From assembly GCA_040218735.1 (NCBI GenBank), contig JAVJQW010000008.1:352001-416000 (forward strand): a stretch of DNA of 64,000 nt, written 5' to 3'. Source of the DNA: Deltaproteobacteria bacterium. GTDB lineage: Bacteria > Myxococcota > Kuafuiibacteriia > Kuafuiibacteriales > Kuafuiibacteriaceae. The notes below the pieces were generated by a model that searched no databases, was not told the origin of the DNA, and was given only the letters and a program-made list of their open reading frames with translations. This document shows, one piece after another, positions 44,153 through 54,796 of this stretch; the first letter of the stretch is position 1; each line of letters starts with the position of its first letter. Both the position numbers and the translations under genes were made by a program.

Positions 44153-47100
44153 TCAGTCGGTCTCGGTCGTCGTCTCACGCCGCACGACCTTCGCGCGCCG
44201 TACACGGCGCGGCTCCGCGGGCTCCGGCGGCTCGAGGTTGCCGAGCTTGCGCACGATCTGCTCCGCGCGGAACGCGATGTGACGGTAGGCCTCGGACTTC
44301 GACATGCCCGCCGTCTCCTTCGCCATCACTTCGTGTTTCAGCGGCTCGCCGATCTTCACCCACAGGTCGCGCGCCTTCGGGATCGCGCTCCCCACCGGCA
44401 GCGCGTCGTGTGTGCCGCCGAGGAACATGGGCAGGATGTCGACCTTCTCGACGAGGCACAGGTGACCCATCGCGGGTTTGAAGCCGATCATCTCACCGTC
44501 ACGCGCACGCGTGCCCTCCGGGAAGATCAGCAGCGACTCCCCGCCCTTCAGCGCCTCACTCGCCATCCGCAGTGACTTCTTCAGCGACCCGTGTCGATCC
44601 ATCGGCAGCAGGTTCGTGAAGTTCTCGAAGTACGTGCGCCGGTAGGGGTCGTCGAAGAAATAATCCTTCGCCGCGAGCGTCCGCAGGTCACGCCCGAAGT
44701 CACCCAGCGCGTACTTCACCAAACCCATGTCGAGGTGACTCGCGTGGTTCGACGCGACGATGAAGTTTCGGTTCGCCGGGATGTTCCCGCGGCCCTCGAC
44801 GTCGACGTCGAGCAGCTGGTCGTAACCGAACTTCTGCGCTGCGCCGAGGAGCGCCTTACCGAGCGTCGCGAGCGGCTTCGGTACCTGAACCGGCCGCTCC
44901 TCCTCCTGGTTGCCGACGACTTCCGCGCGCTCGTTGTTGTCGGCGCTCTTGTCGCGCGCCGCGAGGCGAACGACGTCCTGCACCGTCTCGACCGTCGACA
45001 TCTCGTCCTGCGTGATCTTCGCGCGCGGGAACTCCGCCTCGATCGCGGTGAACAGCTCCAGCTGCATCAGCGAATCGAACCCGAGCCCGTCCGCGAGGGA
45101 GGTCGCCGTCGACACTTCCTCGACCTTGCGCTGCGCGATCGACGCGATCGTCCGCCGCACCCACATGCGCGTCTGCTGCTCCGGCGTCTGCGTTCGGGTG
45201 TCTTCGTTGGCGCTTGCCTTGCGCCCCGCTTCGACCGCGCTCTCCAGCCGGATGATCTCCTCGCGGACGATCGGGCGCTTCACCTTGCGCGTCGAGGTGC
45301 GCGGAAGCTCCCCCTCCCACAGGTGCATGATCTTCACGCGGCGCGCGAACGGTAGCTTCGAGCCGACTTCACGGAAGTGCGTACGAATCTTCTCGCGCAC
45401 CTCGTCCGGCGACCAGCCATTCTCCTTGGCCTCGTCGCACTCGTAGTCCGGCACCACCAGCGCCGCGACGCGCTCACCCGTACCGACGTCCGCCGGCACA
45501 CCGACCACGGACATCTCCTTCACGAGGTTCGAGTCCGCGTAGATCTCCTCGATCTCGTCCGGGTAGACGTTCTTCCCGCCGGTATCGATGATGACGTCCT
45601 TCTCGCGCCCGACGATGAAGAGGCGCCCCTCCTCGTCGAGCCGGCCGCGGTCACCGGTGTGCAGCCAGCCGCCCTGGATCGCGTTCTTCGTGGCGTCCTC
45701 GTCGTCGAGGTAGCCGGACATGATCGTCGGCCCGCGCGCGATGACTTCGCCCACGCCGTTGTCGTCCGGATCCGCGATGCGAACCTCGAGCCCCGGCAGC
45801 GGCCAACCCACGCTCCCCGGCGGTGACTTCATCCGAGGCCAACCCACGGTGATGACCGGCGAGGCCTCGGTCATGCCGTAACCTTCGTAGACCGAAAAAC
45901 CCATCCCGCGCAGGTCCTTGAAGATGACCGGCTTGAGCGGCGCGGCGCCGCTGACGATGTAACGCATGCGCCCGCCGAGCGCGTCGTGCATCGGCCGGAA
46001 CACCCAGCGCCCGGGGTTGAAGCCGGTCTTGTCGCGGAGCCAGCGGTTGAGGCGCATCAGCGACTTGATCGTCAGCTCGACGACCTTGCCCTGGTCCTCC
46101 AACCCACGCACCAACTTACGGTGCAGCGACTCCCAGACCGCCGGCACGCCGATCATCGCGGTGACCGGCGTCTCGTCGAACGCGCGCGAGATGAGGTCCG
46201 GCGTACGCTCCTCGAGGTAGGTGATCGAAGAACCGCTCGCGAGCGGCATGAGGAGCCCCGCCGAGAACTCGAACGTGTGGTGCGGCGGGAGCACGGACAA
46301 GAGTGAGTCCGTGCGGTTCAGCTCGAAGAGCGTCGCCATGCGCGCGGTCAGCGCCGTGAAGTTGCGGTCGGTGAGGACCACCCCCTTCGGGCGCCCCGTC
46401 GTGCCCGACGTGAAGATGAGCGAAGCGACGTCCTCGGGTTTGCGCTTCGCGATCTTCACCGAGTCCGGATCGATCGAGTCGGCGTTCGCGAACACCTCGT
46501 CGAAGGTGAATCGCGGACACGGGAACAGCTCGCTGGTGCCGTTCGACGCGCCGTTGGTGGGTTCGTCGGCGAGTTTCTTCGCCTGTTTCTCGGAGACGAT
46601 CGCGAACTTCGCCTGCGCGGCGCGCGCGATGTTGGCGATCTCCTTCTTCGACAGCTCGACGTCGACCGGTATCGCCGTCGCCCCCGCGAGCACGATGCCG
46701 AAGTAACTCATCCCCCACTCGGGCCGGCCTTCGGACGCGATCATCACGCGGTCGCCCTTGCCGATACCCTGCTTCTGCAGGAACGCCGTGACGGCGCGCG
46801 CGGCGAGGTCGATGTCGCGGTACGTGAAGCTGTCGGCGACGTCGTCCTTGCGCAGGATGCGGAACGCCACGCGCCGCCCGTGCTCCGCGGTGCGTGTGCT
46901 GAACAGCTCGGCGAGGTCGCGGTAGTCGCGCGGGATCGCCATCCGCTTCGGGCCGGTGCCGGAGTCGAGCTTCGGGAAGACGAACTTCTCGAGGCCGGGG
47001 ATGTGGACGTCGAGCCAGTAGTGGCGCCAGTCCATCTCCTCGATCCCGTAGGGGAGGAGCGCGCGATCGGCTTCGTTCATACGCGCGAAGAGCGAGCGCG

Positions 47101-48619
47101 TCTGGTTCGTCCGGAAGACGTACTTGTTCTCCCAGATGAACGGCATGAACAGGTCGAAGACGTCGATGAGTTTGTCGATGTCGCTCTCGACCTCGCGCGT
47201 CTTCTTGCGCGCGCGGTTCACGAGCCCGCCGAGCGGGCCGTAGCGCTCGGGTTCCATCTCGTCGAGGACGCGGTTGGCGCGCCCGACGATCTTCTTGAGC
47301 GTCGGTGGCCCGAACGTCTCGTACGCCTTGCGGCTGCGCGGGATCGGATGCTGGCGCTCCTCGTACCGCGCACGAGCCCAGGACATGTTGCCCTCGGCCT
47401 CCTGCTGCTTCACCCACCGGCGCTTGTACAGACCGACGAGCGTGACCGTGCGCGCCATACTCACCGGGTTCACGTCGCCGGCGGCGACCTGGTAGGCCTT
47501 GCCGGTCTCACCCTCGATCAGCGCGGCGGCCGCGGCGATGATCGCGGACGCGACGGCGTCGACGGGGACGACGTCGAGGATCAGATCGTTCGGACCCGGG
47601 TAGAAGATCTGCCCGTGGATCCCGAGGTACGCGAGGGGCGCCGACGTGTTCATGCCCTCGTTCCAGCCGGGGAACGGGTACGTCGCGGCGGACTCCACGA
47701 TCGCGGGGCGGACGATGCACCAGTCCAGGCCCTTCTGGCTCGCGACGGCCTGCTCACCGAGCGCCTTCGTGAACGTGTAGATGTTCGGCCAGCCCCAGTG
47801 CTGCGCGCGCTCGATGCCCGCGCGGATCTGCTCCTCGGCGGACCAGCGGCGGCGCTGGTTCGTGATGGCGGCGCGGACCGTGCGCTCGTGGGCGTCGCGG
47901 CCTTCGCGCTTGAGGCGGTCGAGCGCCTCCTTGCGGAAGCGGGCGGCGAGGGCGGCGTCGGTCGTGCGCTCCTTGATCTGCGCGATGGTGCGTTCGAGGT
48001 CTTTGACCTCGCGCTCCCAGTCGAACTTCACGCCGTCGAAGTCTTCCTTGAAGGGGAAGTAGCCCACGATCGGCGTGTCCTCGCGGACGCGCCCGGGCTT
48101 CTGGCCGACGACGAAGCAGGTCGAGACGTGGACCAGGCGCGCGCGTTCGAAGGTGGCGACCAGCTCCGCGACCTTCTTGGCGCCGACCGCGTTGGCCTCG
48201 ACGGCGGAGTCGAGCGGCGGGTTGAAGTTGACGAGGCCGGCGGAGTTGATGACGACGTCGACGTTCTTCCGCAGGTGCTCCAGGGTCTCGTCGTCGAACC
48301 CGAGGTTCTCCTTGGCAAGGTCACCGTCGACCGGGACGACCTGCTCGCGCACGAAGGCGTCGAACGTGTCCCCGAACCGCTCCCGGATCGGGTCCATCAT
48401 CTCGGAGGTGAGCACCTCGCCGAAGAAGCGATCCGACGGCGTCTTGGACCGCGTGGCGCGGATCGCGCAGTAGATCTTCCCGACCGAGAAACGCTCGAGG
48501 AGCATCCCGAGGATGACCTTCGCGAGGAAGCCGGTCGTCCCCAGGATGAGGAGGTTCTTCCCCGCGAGCGTCTCCAGCGGCGACAGCGGGGGCAGGTCCT
48601 GCAGGTTCAAGTCGTCCAT
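44153..48619 (-). CDS. elbD: Multidomain ether-lipid biosynthesis enzyme: fatty acyl reductase, acyl-AMP ligase, ACP and acyltransferase
   Basis: GTTGFLAK and NIYTFTKALGE (reductase); IFTSGTTGRPKG and GYGMTE (adenylation); LGFDSL (ACP); NHASHLD and FPEGTR (PlsC-type). Same domain order as Myxococcus xanthus ElbD. Confidence 0.85.
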   Translation of the reverse strand: MDDLNLQDLPPLSPLETLAGKNLLILGTTGFLAKVILGMLLERFSVGKIYCAIRATRSKTPSDRFFGEVLTSEMMDPIRERFGDTFDAFVREQVVPVDGDLAKENLGFDDETLEHLRKNVDVVINSAGLVNFNPPLDSAVEANAVGAKKVAELVATFERARLVHVSTCFVVGQKPGRVREDTPIVGYFPFKEDFDGVKFDWEREVKDLERTIAQIKERTTDAALAARFRKEALDRLKREGRDAHERTVRAAITNQRRRWSAEEQIRAGIERAQHWGWPNIYTFTKALGEQAVASQKGLDWCIVRPAIVESAATYPFPGWNEGMNTSAPLAYLGIHGQIFYPGPNDLILDVVPVDAVASAIIAAAAALIEGETGKAYQVAAGDVNPVSMARTVTLVGLYKRRWVKQQEAEGNMSWARARYEERQHPIPRSRKAYETFGPPTLKKIVGRANRVLDEMEPERYGPLGGLVNRARKKTREVESDIDKLIDVFDLFMPFIWENKYVFRTNQTRSLFARMNEADRALLPYGIEEMDWRHYWLDVHIPGLEKFVFPKLDSGTGPKRMAIPRDYRDLAELFSTRTAEHGRRVAFRILRKDDVADSFTYRDIDLAARAVTAFLQKQGIGKGDRVMIASEGRPEWGMSYFGIVLAGATAIPVDVELSKKEIANIARAAQAKFAIVSEKQAKKLADEPTNGASNGTSELFPCPRFTFDEVFANADSIDPDSVKIAKRKPEDVASLIFTSGTTGRPKGVVLTDRNFTALTARMATLFELNRTDSLLSVLPPHHTFEFSAGLLMPLASGSSITYLEERTPDLISRAFDETPVTAMIGVPAVWESLHRKLVRGLEDQGKVVELTIKSLMRLNRWLRDKTGFNPGRWVFRPMHDALGGRMRYIVSGAAPLKPVIFKDLRGMGFSVYEGYGMTEASPVITVGWPRMKSPPGSVGWPLPGLEVRIADPDDNGVGEVIARGPTIMSGYLDDEDATKNAIQGGWLHTGDRGRLDEEGRLFIVGREKDVIIDTGGKNVYPDEIEEIYADSNLVKEMSVVGVPADVGTGERVAALVVPDYECDEAKENGWSPDEVREKIRTHFREVGSKLPFARRVKIMHLWEGELPRTSTRKVKRPIVREEIIRLESAVEAGRKASANEDTRTQTPEQQTRMWVRRTIASIAQRKVEEVSTATSLADGLGFDSLMQLELFTAIEAEFPRAKITQDEMSTVETVQDVVRLAARDKSADNNERAEVVGNQEEERPVQVPKPLATLGKALLGAAQKFGYDQLLDVDVEGRGNIPANRNFIVASNHASHLDMGLVKYALGDFGRDLRTLAAKDYFFDDPYRRTYFENFTNLLPMDRHGSLKKSLRMASEALKGGESLLIFPEGTRARDGEMIGFKPAMGHLCLVEKVDILPMFLGGTHDALPVGSAIPKARDLWVKIGEPLKHEVMAKETAGMSKSEAYRHIAFRAEQIVRKLGNLEPPEPAEPRRVRRAKVVRRETTTETD

Positions 48620-48889
48620 CGGCCTTGGAATTCAAGGCTCTTAGCAGACGTCACCGCGCCTGTCTTTCGAAGAAAAGCGCGGTGATTCCCGGAGGATGCC
48701 CTCTGTCGAGGTCAGCCGTGGTCGTGGTTGACCCCACGATCTGATCGTCGCCCGCGCCGTCGGGGGTGGGGGGAGCGCCTCGGTTTCGGCGCGGCGTGCT
48801 CTGGACCTTCGCGAGGCGATCGCGCGTTTCGATACGTGGGCGCTGTCGAACGCATCGGCACAATCAGCGCACATTCACGGTGCGTAGCT

Positions 48890-51800
48890 TCAGTCCGGCG
48901 GTAGGAACGTGCGGGGGATGAAGCTCGCCGGGACCGTCGTAGGGATGCGCACGATCGGCTCCGCGTCCGGGAGCCAAAGCGCGGGCGCGAAGCCATGGAG
49001 CGCGAGTGCAGCGAAGCCGTGGTCGAAGAGGTAGACGCCCGTCGTCGGGAACAAGGTCGCGGTGACTTGGGCGTACCCGCCGGCTCCGTCCGCTTCGAAG
49101 AGTCTCGAGCTTGACGAGCTCACCACGATGAATCGGTCTCCGCTGGGTGCCCACCGAAACGCCCCGGGTAGGACGGGGCCCCAGTGCGCCGCAACGGCGG
49201 TCCAGGGGGTTGCGGCTTGGGTGTCGACGACCCAGATGTCCGAGCCGGCAACGGTATTCGACGTTCGAAATACGACGCGGCGACCCGCCGGTCCGAAGCG
49301 CGCCGTGCCGAGGGCCGCGGCGCCGGTCGAGACGGTCGGCGACAGCGGCGTGGTGACCACGCCGGAGCTCACGTCGACGTGGTACAGCTCGCGGGGGGCC
49401 TGCAGCGTGTAGTAGAGCAGGGCGTCCGACGCCGGGGCCCAGTCCACCAACTGAGTCGAAACGTTCGCCGCGTTCGTCGTGAGGGCGATCGGCGCGAAGG
49501 GCGGCCCCGCAGCCACGTCGATCAGGAAGAGGTCGCGGATGCCTGGACCGACGGTGTCGGCTTGAAAGACGACTTTGCTCCCGTCGGGCGACGGATACGC
49601 CGCGAGGTGCGTCTCCGACCCGTCGCGGAGCGTCGGCACGAGCGCGACCGGTACGGCGTTCGGTGTGTCGACGTCGAGCGCGAACCACTCGCGCCGCGAC
49701 CCGCGAAGGTAGGCGGTGAAGAGGAGGGTGTCGTCGTCCTCGCTCCAGACGAGCTCGTTGAACGCGGGCTGCAGCGGTGTGGCGACGATGCGCGAGGTGG
49801 CGCTCGACGTGTAAACGTCCGAGATTCGGATTTCGAACGTGTTGGGGACCTGCTCGTAGAACGCGAGGTGGTTGCCATCGTGGGACCAAACGAAGTTGCC
49901 GGCCGAGGCGCTCATCCCGTTGTGCTCGACCGCATTGGTGATGAGCGTCGGCGTTGCGGGGTTGGAAGTGTCGACCAAGAGGATGACGTTGGTGCTCGTC
50001 GGGCCGGCGGTACCGACGTGCGCCGCCAGACGACGTCCGTCGGCCGTCCATTTGATTCGAAGCGCGCGATCGATGGGGATGAGGAGGTCGCCGTACGTCG
50101 CCGTGGAGCCGCGGAGATCTGCTACGCGAAGCCTGGTGATGCCGGCCTCTTCGACGAAGAACGCCGCACGATCACCGGCCGGCCCGAACACGACCGAGTC
50201 CGACAGGAGGCCTTCGTTCCCGGCGCTCGCTACGTCGAGCGGTGTCGCGTCGAACGTGCAAAGGTCCACGGCGAGCGCGCGCGTCTGCGCATTGAACGTA
50301 CCGTCGTCCCCGACGACGATTCCGTGTCGGTGGCTCCCGACGCGACTCGTTACGGTGACGGTGAACGGCCTCTCCACGATCTGCACCGCACCGTCGCGCA
50401 GGCGGACCGTAAAGCTGAACGTGCCCGTGCTCGTCGGGACCCCGTGAATCACGCCTGCGTCTCGGCCCGCGCCAGAGATGGTGAGTCCGGGCGGGAGCGC
50501 GCCTGCGGTGATGGTCCAGAACTGGTTGGGGGTCGCCGTCTTCGTCGCGGTGAGCGTGCCGAGGTAGTCGCTGCACGCGACGGCGGATGGAATCGTCGGT
50601 TCGACGATGTCGACGTCGAAGGGGCCGCGGATCACCTCCAACTCCAGCGTGGCGCTCACGCGACGCTGAAAATGATCGGAGACCTCGATGTCGAAGGCGT
50701 GGACGCCCAGCTCCGTCGGCGTGCCGGATATCTCCGCGACCCGGGCATTCGTAGGCCCGAAGAACAGGCCTGCCGGGAGCGCGCCCGTCACCCGCCACGT
50801 CAACGGCGTGACACCTCCGACGATGGTGACGGTGGACGTCGATGCGACGTCCTTCGCCATCGACACGAGGCGTGTCGCCTCGAAGCTCGGGTGCGGCGTG
50901 TCGAGGACGTCGACCAAGAACGTCACGGGGCCGTCGGTTCGTCCGTAGCGGTCGACGACGCTCACGCGGAGTGGGAAGCGGCCGCCCTCGGTCGGGGCGC
51001 CGGACAGTCTGAAGCTCGATCCGTTACCCGGGTTGGCGGTGAGTCCGGGCGGGAGCACGTCGACCGTCCAGGTGTACGGCCCGAGTCCGGCGGTGCAGCC
51101 AATCGACTGGGTATAGCTGATGCCGACGTGGGCCTGGACCAGGTTGATTCGGGCGATCGAGAGCGGCGGTGGTCCCCCGATGACGATTCGAAGGGACCCG
51201 CGGACCGAAGCTCCGACCGCGTCGGTCAGCTCCAGGATCAAGTCGTACGTCCCGCTGGAGGTGGGTGTGCCGCGGATCGACGCGCGTGCGGCGCCGTTTT
51301 GCTCGATGCGGAGCCCGGGCGGGAGCTCCGAGTCCACGAGCGTCCATTGGTAGGGCGGCTCACCGCCGACGCCGTCCAAGATGGCTTCGTACGGTTGATC
51401 GACATTGCCCATCGGGGCGCCCGGAGTCCGTAGCTCGAGCGCGGGTGCCGTCGACGTAACGCGAAGGTCGAGCTGCGATTCGAAGGAGCGACCGCGGGCG
51501 TCCTCCACCCGGAGCACGAACGTCGACGTGCCGACCGTCGATGGCGTGCCCTCGATCGTCGCGGTGGCGTCCGCGCCCCGTAGCTCGAGGCCCAGCGGAA
51601 GCTCGCCGGACGTGACGCTCCAGGTTCGGGGGGGCGTTCCGCCCTCCGCGGAGACGACGCCTTCGTAGGCTTCCCGGACGACGCCGCCCGCGAGGGTCGT
51701 CGTCACGATCGAGAGCGTCCCAACGACGGTAAGCGAGAGCTCCGCGTTCGCGACGGAGCCTCCGGGCCCGACCGCCGTGACCGCGACGGAGAATGCACCG

Positions 51801-52057
51801 GCCTCGGTCGGCGTTCCGGAGATCACGACCGCGGAAGCACCCGTTGCGCCGAGCCCCGGTGGAAGGCCACGTACGTCCCACGAAGAAGCCGTGAATCCTT
51901 CGACTTCGATCGTCGCTTCGTACGGCTCGCCTTGCTCGGCGCTCGGGAGCGTATCCGTGGTGATTCGACCGTTGACCGGCGGCGGTGAGGTGTCGCCGCC
52001 GGAGCATGCGCTGAGCAACAGAGGTAACAAACTTACGTAGGCTGCGCACCGGGCCAT
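48890..52057 (-). CDS. Lipoprotein with ~6 putative Ig (He_PIG) repeats and C-terminal TolB-like beta-propeller
   Basis: LLSAC lipobox; repeated W...LPPGL...ISGTPT..G.F; blades WSHDG, WSEDD, SPDGS, WAPSG. Confidence 0.83.
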   Translation of the reverse strand: MARCAAYVSLLPLLLSACSGGDTSPPPVNGRITTDTLPSAEQGEPYEATIEVEGFTASSWDVRGLPPGLGATGASAVVISGTPTEAGAFSVAVTAVGPGGSVANAELSLTVVGTLSIVTTTLAGGVVREAYEGVVSAEGGTPPRTWSVTSGELPLGLELRGADATATIEGTPSTVGTSTFVLRVEDARGRSFESQLDLRVTSTAPALELRTPGAPMGNVDQPYEAILDGVGGEPPYQWTLVDSELPPGLRIEQNGAARASIRGTPTSSGTYDLILELTDAVGASVRGSLRIVIGGPPPLSIARINLVQAHVGISYTQSIGCTAGLGPYTWTVDVLPPGLTANPGNGSSFRLSGAPTEGGRFPLRVSVVDRYGRTDGPVTFLVDVLDTPHPSFEATRLVSMAKDVASTSTVTIVGGVTPLTWRVTGALPAGLFFGPTNARVAEISGTPTELGVHAFDIEVSDHFQRRVSATLELEVIRGPFDVDIVEPTIPSAVACSDYLGTLTATKTATPNQFWTITAGALPPGLTISGAGRDAGVIHGVPTSTGTFSFTVRLRDGAVQIVERPFTVTVTSRVGSHRHGIVVGDDGTFNAQTRALAVDLCTFDATPLDVASAGNEGLLSDSVVFGPAGDRAAFFVEEAGITRLRVADLRGSTATYGDLLIPIDRALRIKWTADGRRLAAHVGTAGPTSTNVILLVDTSNPATPTLITNAVEHNGMSASAGNFVWSHDGNHLAFYEQVPNTFEIRISDVYTSSATSRIVATPLQPAFNELVWSEDDDTLLFTAYLRGSRREWFALDVDTPNAVPVALVPTLRDGSETHLAAYPSPDGSKVVFQADTVGPGIRDLFLIDVAAGPPFAPIALTTNAANVSTQLVDWAPASDALLYYTLQAPRELYHVDVSSGVVTTPLSPTVSTGAAALGTARFGPAGRRVVFRTSNTVAGSDIWVVDTQAATPWTAVAAHWGPVLPGAFRWAPSGDRFIVVSSSSSRLFEADGAGGYAQVTATLFPTTGVYLFDHGFAALALHGFAPALWLPDAEPIVRIPTTVPASFIPRTFLPPD

Positions 52058-52123
52058 CGAGGCACTATCGAGGACGCGCCTCGCAGAGACAACTGTCTGC
52101 GCGATCAGAGCATCGACGAAAGG

Positions 52124-53638
52124 TCACACTGCGCCGAACAGATCGACCAACGTGTCGGCGGTGAGCTCGCTGACGAGCTTCACCGAGTCGCAGAACTTCT
52201 CCATCGTCTCGGCGCGTGCGTGCGCGACGTCGACGAGGATCCCGCGGATCGCGAAGCGGTGTTTCTTGCGTCGCGCTGCGATGTCGTCGAGCAGCGGCTG
52301 CGAGACCGAGGCTTCGCCGTCCGTGATGAAGACGATATCGCCGCGCCGGTAGCGGCCATCGCCGACCAGCTCCAGCGCGCGCGCCAGCGGCTCTTCGAAG
52401 TTGGTGCCGCCGCCCGGGAAGTGCTCGGCGAACTTCAGCACCTCCTCGATGTTCGTCTGCGGTCGACCCCCGGCGCGCTTCTTCGAGAGCAGCTCGACCT
52501 CGAACAGCGTGTGCCCGGAGCTGAACACCAGCGCGAGGCAGCGGCGCTTCTCGCGTCGCGCGATCTCCATCAGCGTCAGCGCCACCGCCTTCGACCAGAT
52601 CTCCTTCGGCCCGTGCATCGAGCCCGACCCATCGACGCACACCACCATCGGGCCGCGCTGCGCGGGCCCTTCGAGTTGGTATTGCAGCAGCTCGCCTTCC
52701 ACGAACCGCCGAACGAAGTCGAGGTGAAGCGCGCGCCGCTCGCGCTTCATCGCGAACAGCTCGGACGGGAGCACCCGCTCGAGCTGCCGGCCCTGCTCGA
52801 TCGCGTGGGTCTCCTGCGGTGCGCGCGAGACGCGCTTCTTACGGGCCTCCAGCGCGACGTCCTTGAACGCGCCGGTGAGCCGCGCGAGCAGTCGGAGCTT
52901 CTTGCTCCGCATCAGCCGCTCACCGAGCGCCATCTTCTCGTGCGCGGGCATCCGCCCCTCCGCGCCGCTGGCCAGTCCGAGGGCGCGGAGATCGTCGGAC
53001 AGCTCGTCCATCGTGCTCGGCATCGCGGTGATCTGCCGGTCGAGGTCGGACTCGATGTCGAGCGGCAGATCGAACGCGAGCTTCGACTGCTTCTTGCGCG
53101 ACTGCTTCGCGTCGATCGTGAGCTTCCGGATGTCCTGCTTCAGGCTCTTCTCCAGCGCTTCGCGGTCCTCGCCGAAGGCGCCCTCCGGGAGCTCGTCGAG
53201 GTGCTCGAGCTCCTTCTTGCGCTGCTCGAGCATCTCCTCGTCCATGGCGGCGTCCGCGATCGAGAGGAGCTCCGAGGCCACGACGCGATCGCCGCTGGTC
53301 AGCGCGTCGAGGATCTTGTGACCGAGGTAGATCAACGCCTCGCACGTCGTGCTCGGATCGAGTCGCGTTCGATCGCGGAGCGTGACGATCCCCGGAGACC
53401 GGAGCACGGCGTTCAATAGACGCCGGTGCACCAGAGCACCCGCCGACAGCTCCCGCTCGTCGAGGAGCACGACGTTCATCTTGAAGAGGATACTGAATAG
53501 ATCGAGGAACAGATGGTCGGCGTGCGGCAGCAGCCGACGCGCGCGCTCGCGGACATCGACCAACGCCTTCTCTTTGGCGGCGAGGCCTTCGTAGACCTCA
53601 CGGTCGTAACCGTCGAAGAGGACACACGCGAGGGACAT
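52124..53638 (-). CDS. VWA domain protein, ViaA-like
   Basis: LERVLPSEL; GPMVVCVDGSGSM (MIDAS); GGTNF; DIVFITDGE. Confidence 0.88.
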   Translation of the reverse strand: MSLACVLFDGYDREVYEGLAAKEKALVDVRERARRLLPHADHLFLDLFSILFKMNVVLLDERELSAGALVHRRLLNAVLRSPGIVTLRDRTRLDPSTTCEALIYLGHKILDALTSGDRVVASELLSIADAAMDEEMLEQRKKELEHLDELPEGAFGEDREALEKSLKQDIRKLTIDAKQSRKKQSKLAFDLPLDIESDLDRQITAMPSTMDELSDDLRALGLASGAEGRMPAHEKMALGERLMRSKKLRLLARLTGAFKDVALEARKKRVSRAPQETHAIEQGRQLERVLPSELFAMKRERRALHLDFVRRFVEGELLQYQLEGPAQRGPMVVCVDGSGSMHGPKEIWSKAVALTLMEIARREKRRCLALVFSSGHTLFEVELLSKKRAGGRPQTNIEEVLKFAEHFPGGGTNFEEPLARALELVGDGRYRRGDIVFITDGEASVSQPLLDDIAARRKKHRFAIRGILVDVAHARAETMEKFCDSVKLVSELTADTLVDLFGAV

Positions 53639-53642
53639 GGCT

Positions 53643-54767
53643 TCAGTTCGGGGCGGAGATCAGCGAGCGCATCATGCGTTCGACGTCCTCGGCGATCTGC
53701 TCGATCCGCGCCGTGTCCTTCCCGCGTTCGGCGGTCTGACTCTGCATCCGTTGGAGGCGATCGTGGATCGCCGAGAGCTTCGTGTGCGCCTCCAGGACGG
53801 CGCGGCTGTACGCTTCGCCGTCGGACCACGTGCGCTTGGCGTACGCGTCGACTTCGTGCGCCTGGACCAGGAGCCGTCGCGCTTCTTCTTCGAACCCCGT
53901 CGCGACTTCACCGAGCACCTCCGCGACCTTCGGGATCTCCTCGGGGTCGCTCCACAGCACGTGCTCGAGCCAGCGGAGGTCCGAGGACGTCACTTCGCTT
54001 CGGCCTTCGAGGACGGCTGCCGCGCGCAGCACGTCGATCGCTTGTCGGTAGCGACGGTCCGACGCGATGACGCCCGCGGCGTTCAGCCGGTTGCGCACCT
54101 CCATCACGTCGCCGAGCACCCCGTCCGGCACCGAGATCTCGCGGGTCTTCGCGCGGAGGTGATCGAGCGCGGCGTCGCCGAGCGTGGTGGGCGGACCGGC
54201 GTCCTCGCTCATCTTCAGCAGCCGCGCGAAGCGGTAGTCCTGTTGGATGTAACCGACCGTGAAGCGCAGCAGGAATCGGTCGTAGAGCGCGCCGAGCTCG
54301 TCCTCCTCCGGAAGCTCGTTGCTGGCGCCGATCAGGCATTCGAGCGGGACGGCGCGCGACGTGCTGCCCTGGTGGAACGCACGTTCGTTGAGGATCGTGA
54401 GGAGCGCGTTGAGGATCGCCGAGCTCGCCTTGAAGACCTCGTCGAGGAAGCTGATCTCCGCCTCCGGGAGCTTGCCCTCGACCACGCGCTCGTAGCGGCC
54501 CTCTTCCAACGCTGCGAGGCTCATCGGCCCGAAGATCTCCTCGGGCGTCGTGAACTTGGTGAGGAGCCACTCGAAGTAACGTTTGTCGTCGAGGTGGGCG
54601 CAGAGGGCTTTCGCGAGCATCGACTTCGCGGTTCCGGGCGGTCCGAGGAGGAGCACGTGCTGTCGTGCGAGGAGCGCGATCAACGCGCCGTCGACGACCT
54701 CGTCGCGTTCGATGAAGCGCGACTTCAGCTCGGTGCGTATCGCGAGGAGGGTCTCTTCGGGCGTCAC
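53643..54767 (-). CDS. MoxR family AAA+ ATPase, RavA-like
   Basis: GPPGTAKS, LLTKFTTPEEIFGP, FLDEVFKASSAILNALL, ASNELPE, ALYDRF, SDRR. Confidence 0.92.
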   Translation of the reverse strand: MTPEETLLAIRTELKSRFIERDEVVDGALIALLARQHVLLLGPPGTAKSMLAKALCAHLDDKRYFEWLLTKFTTPEEIFGPMSLAALEEGRYERVVEGKLPEAEISFLDEVFKASSAILNALLTILNERAFHQGSTSRAVPLECLIGASNELPEEDELGALYDRFLLRFTVGYIQQDYRFARLLKMSEDAGPPTTLGDAALDHLRAKTREISVPDGVLGDVMEVRNRLNAAGVIASDRRYRQAIDVLRAAAVLEGRSEVTSSDLRWLEHVLWSDPEEIPKVAEVLGEVATGFEEEARRLLVQAHEVDAYAKRTWSDGEAYSRAVLEAHTKLSAIHDRLQRMQSQTAERGKDTARIEQIAEDVERMMRSLISAPN

Positions 54768-54796
54768 GCCGCGGATGGTATCAAGGGTGCCGCTCG

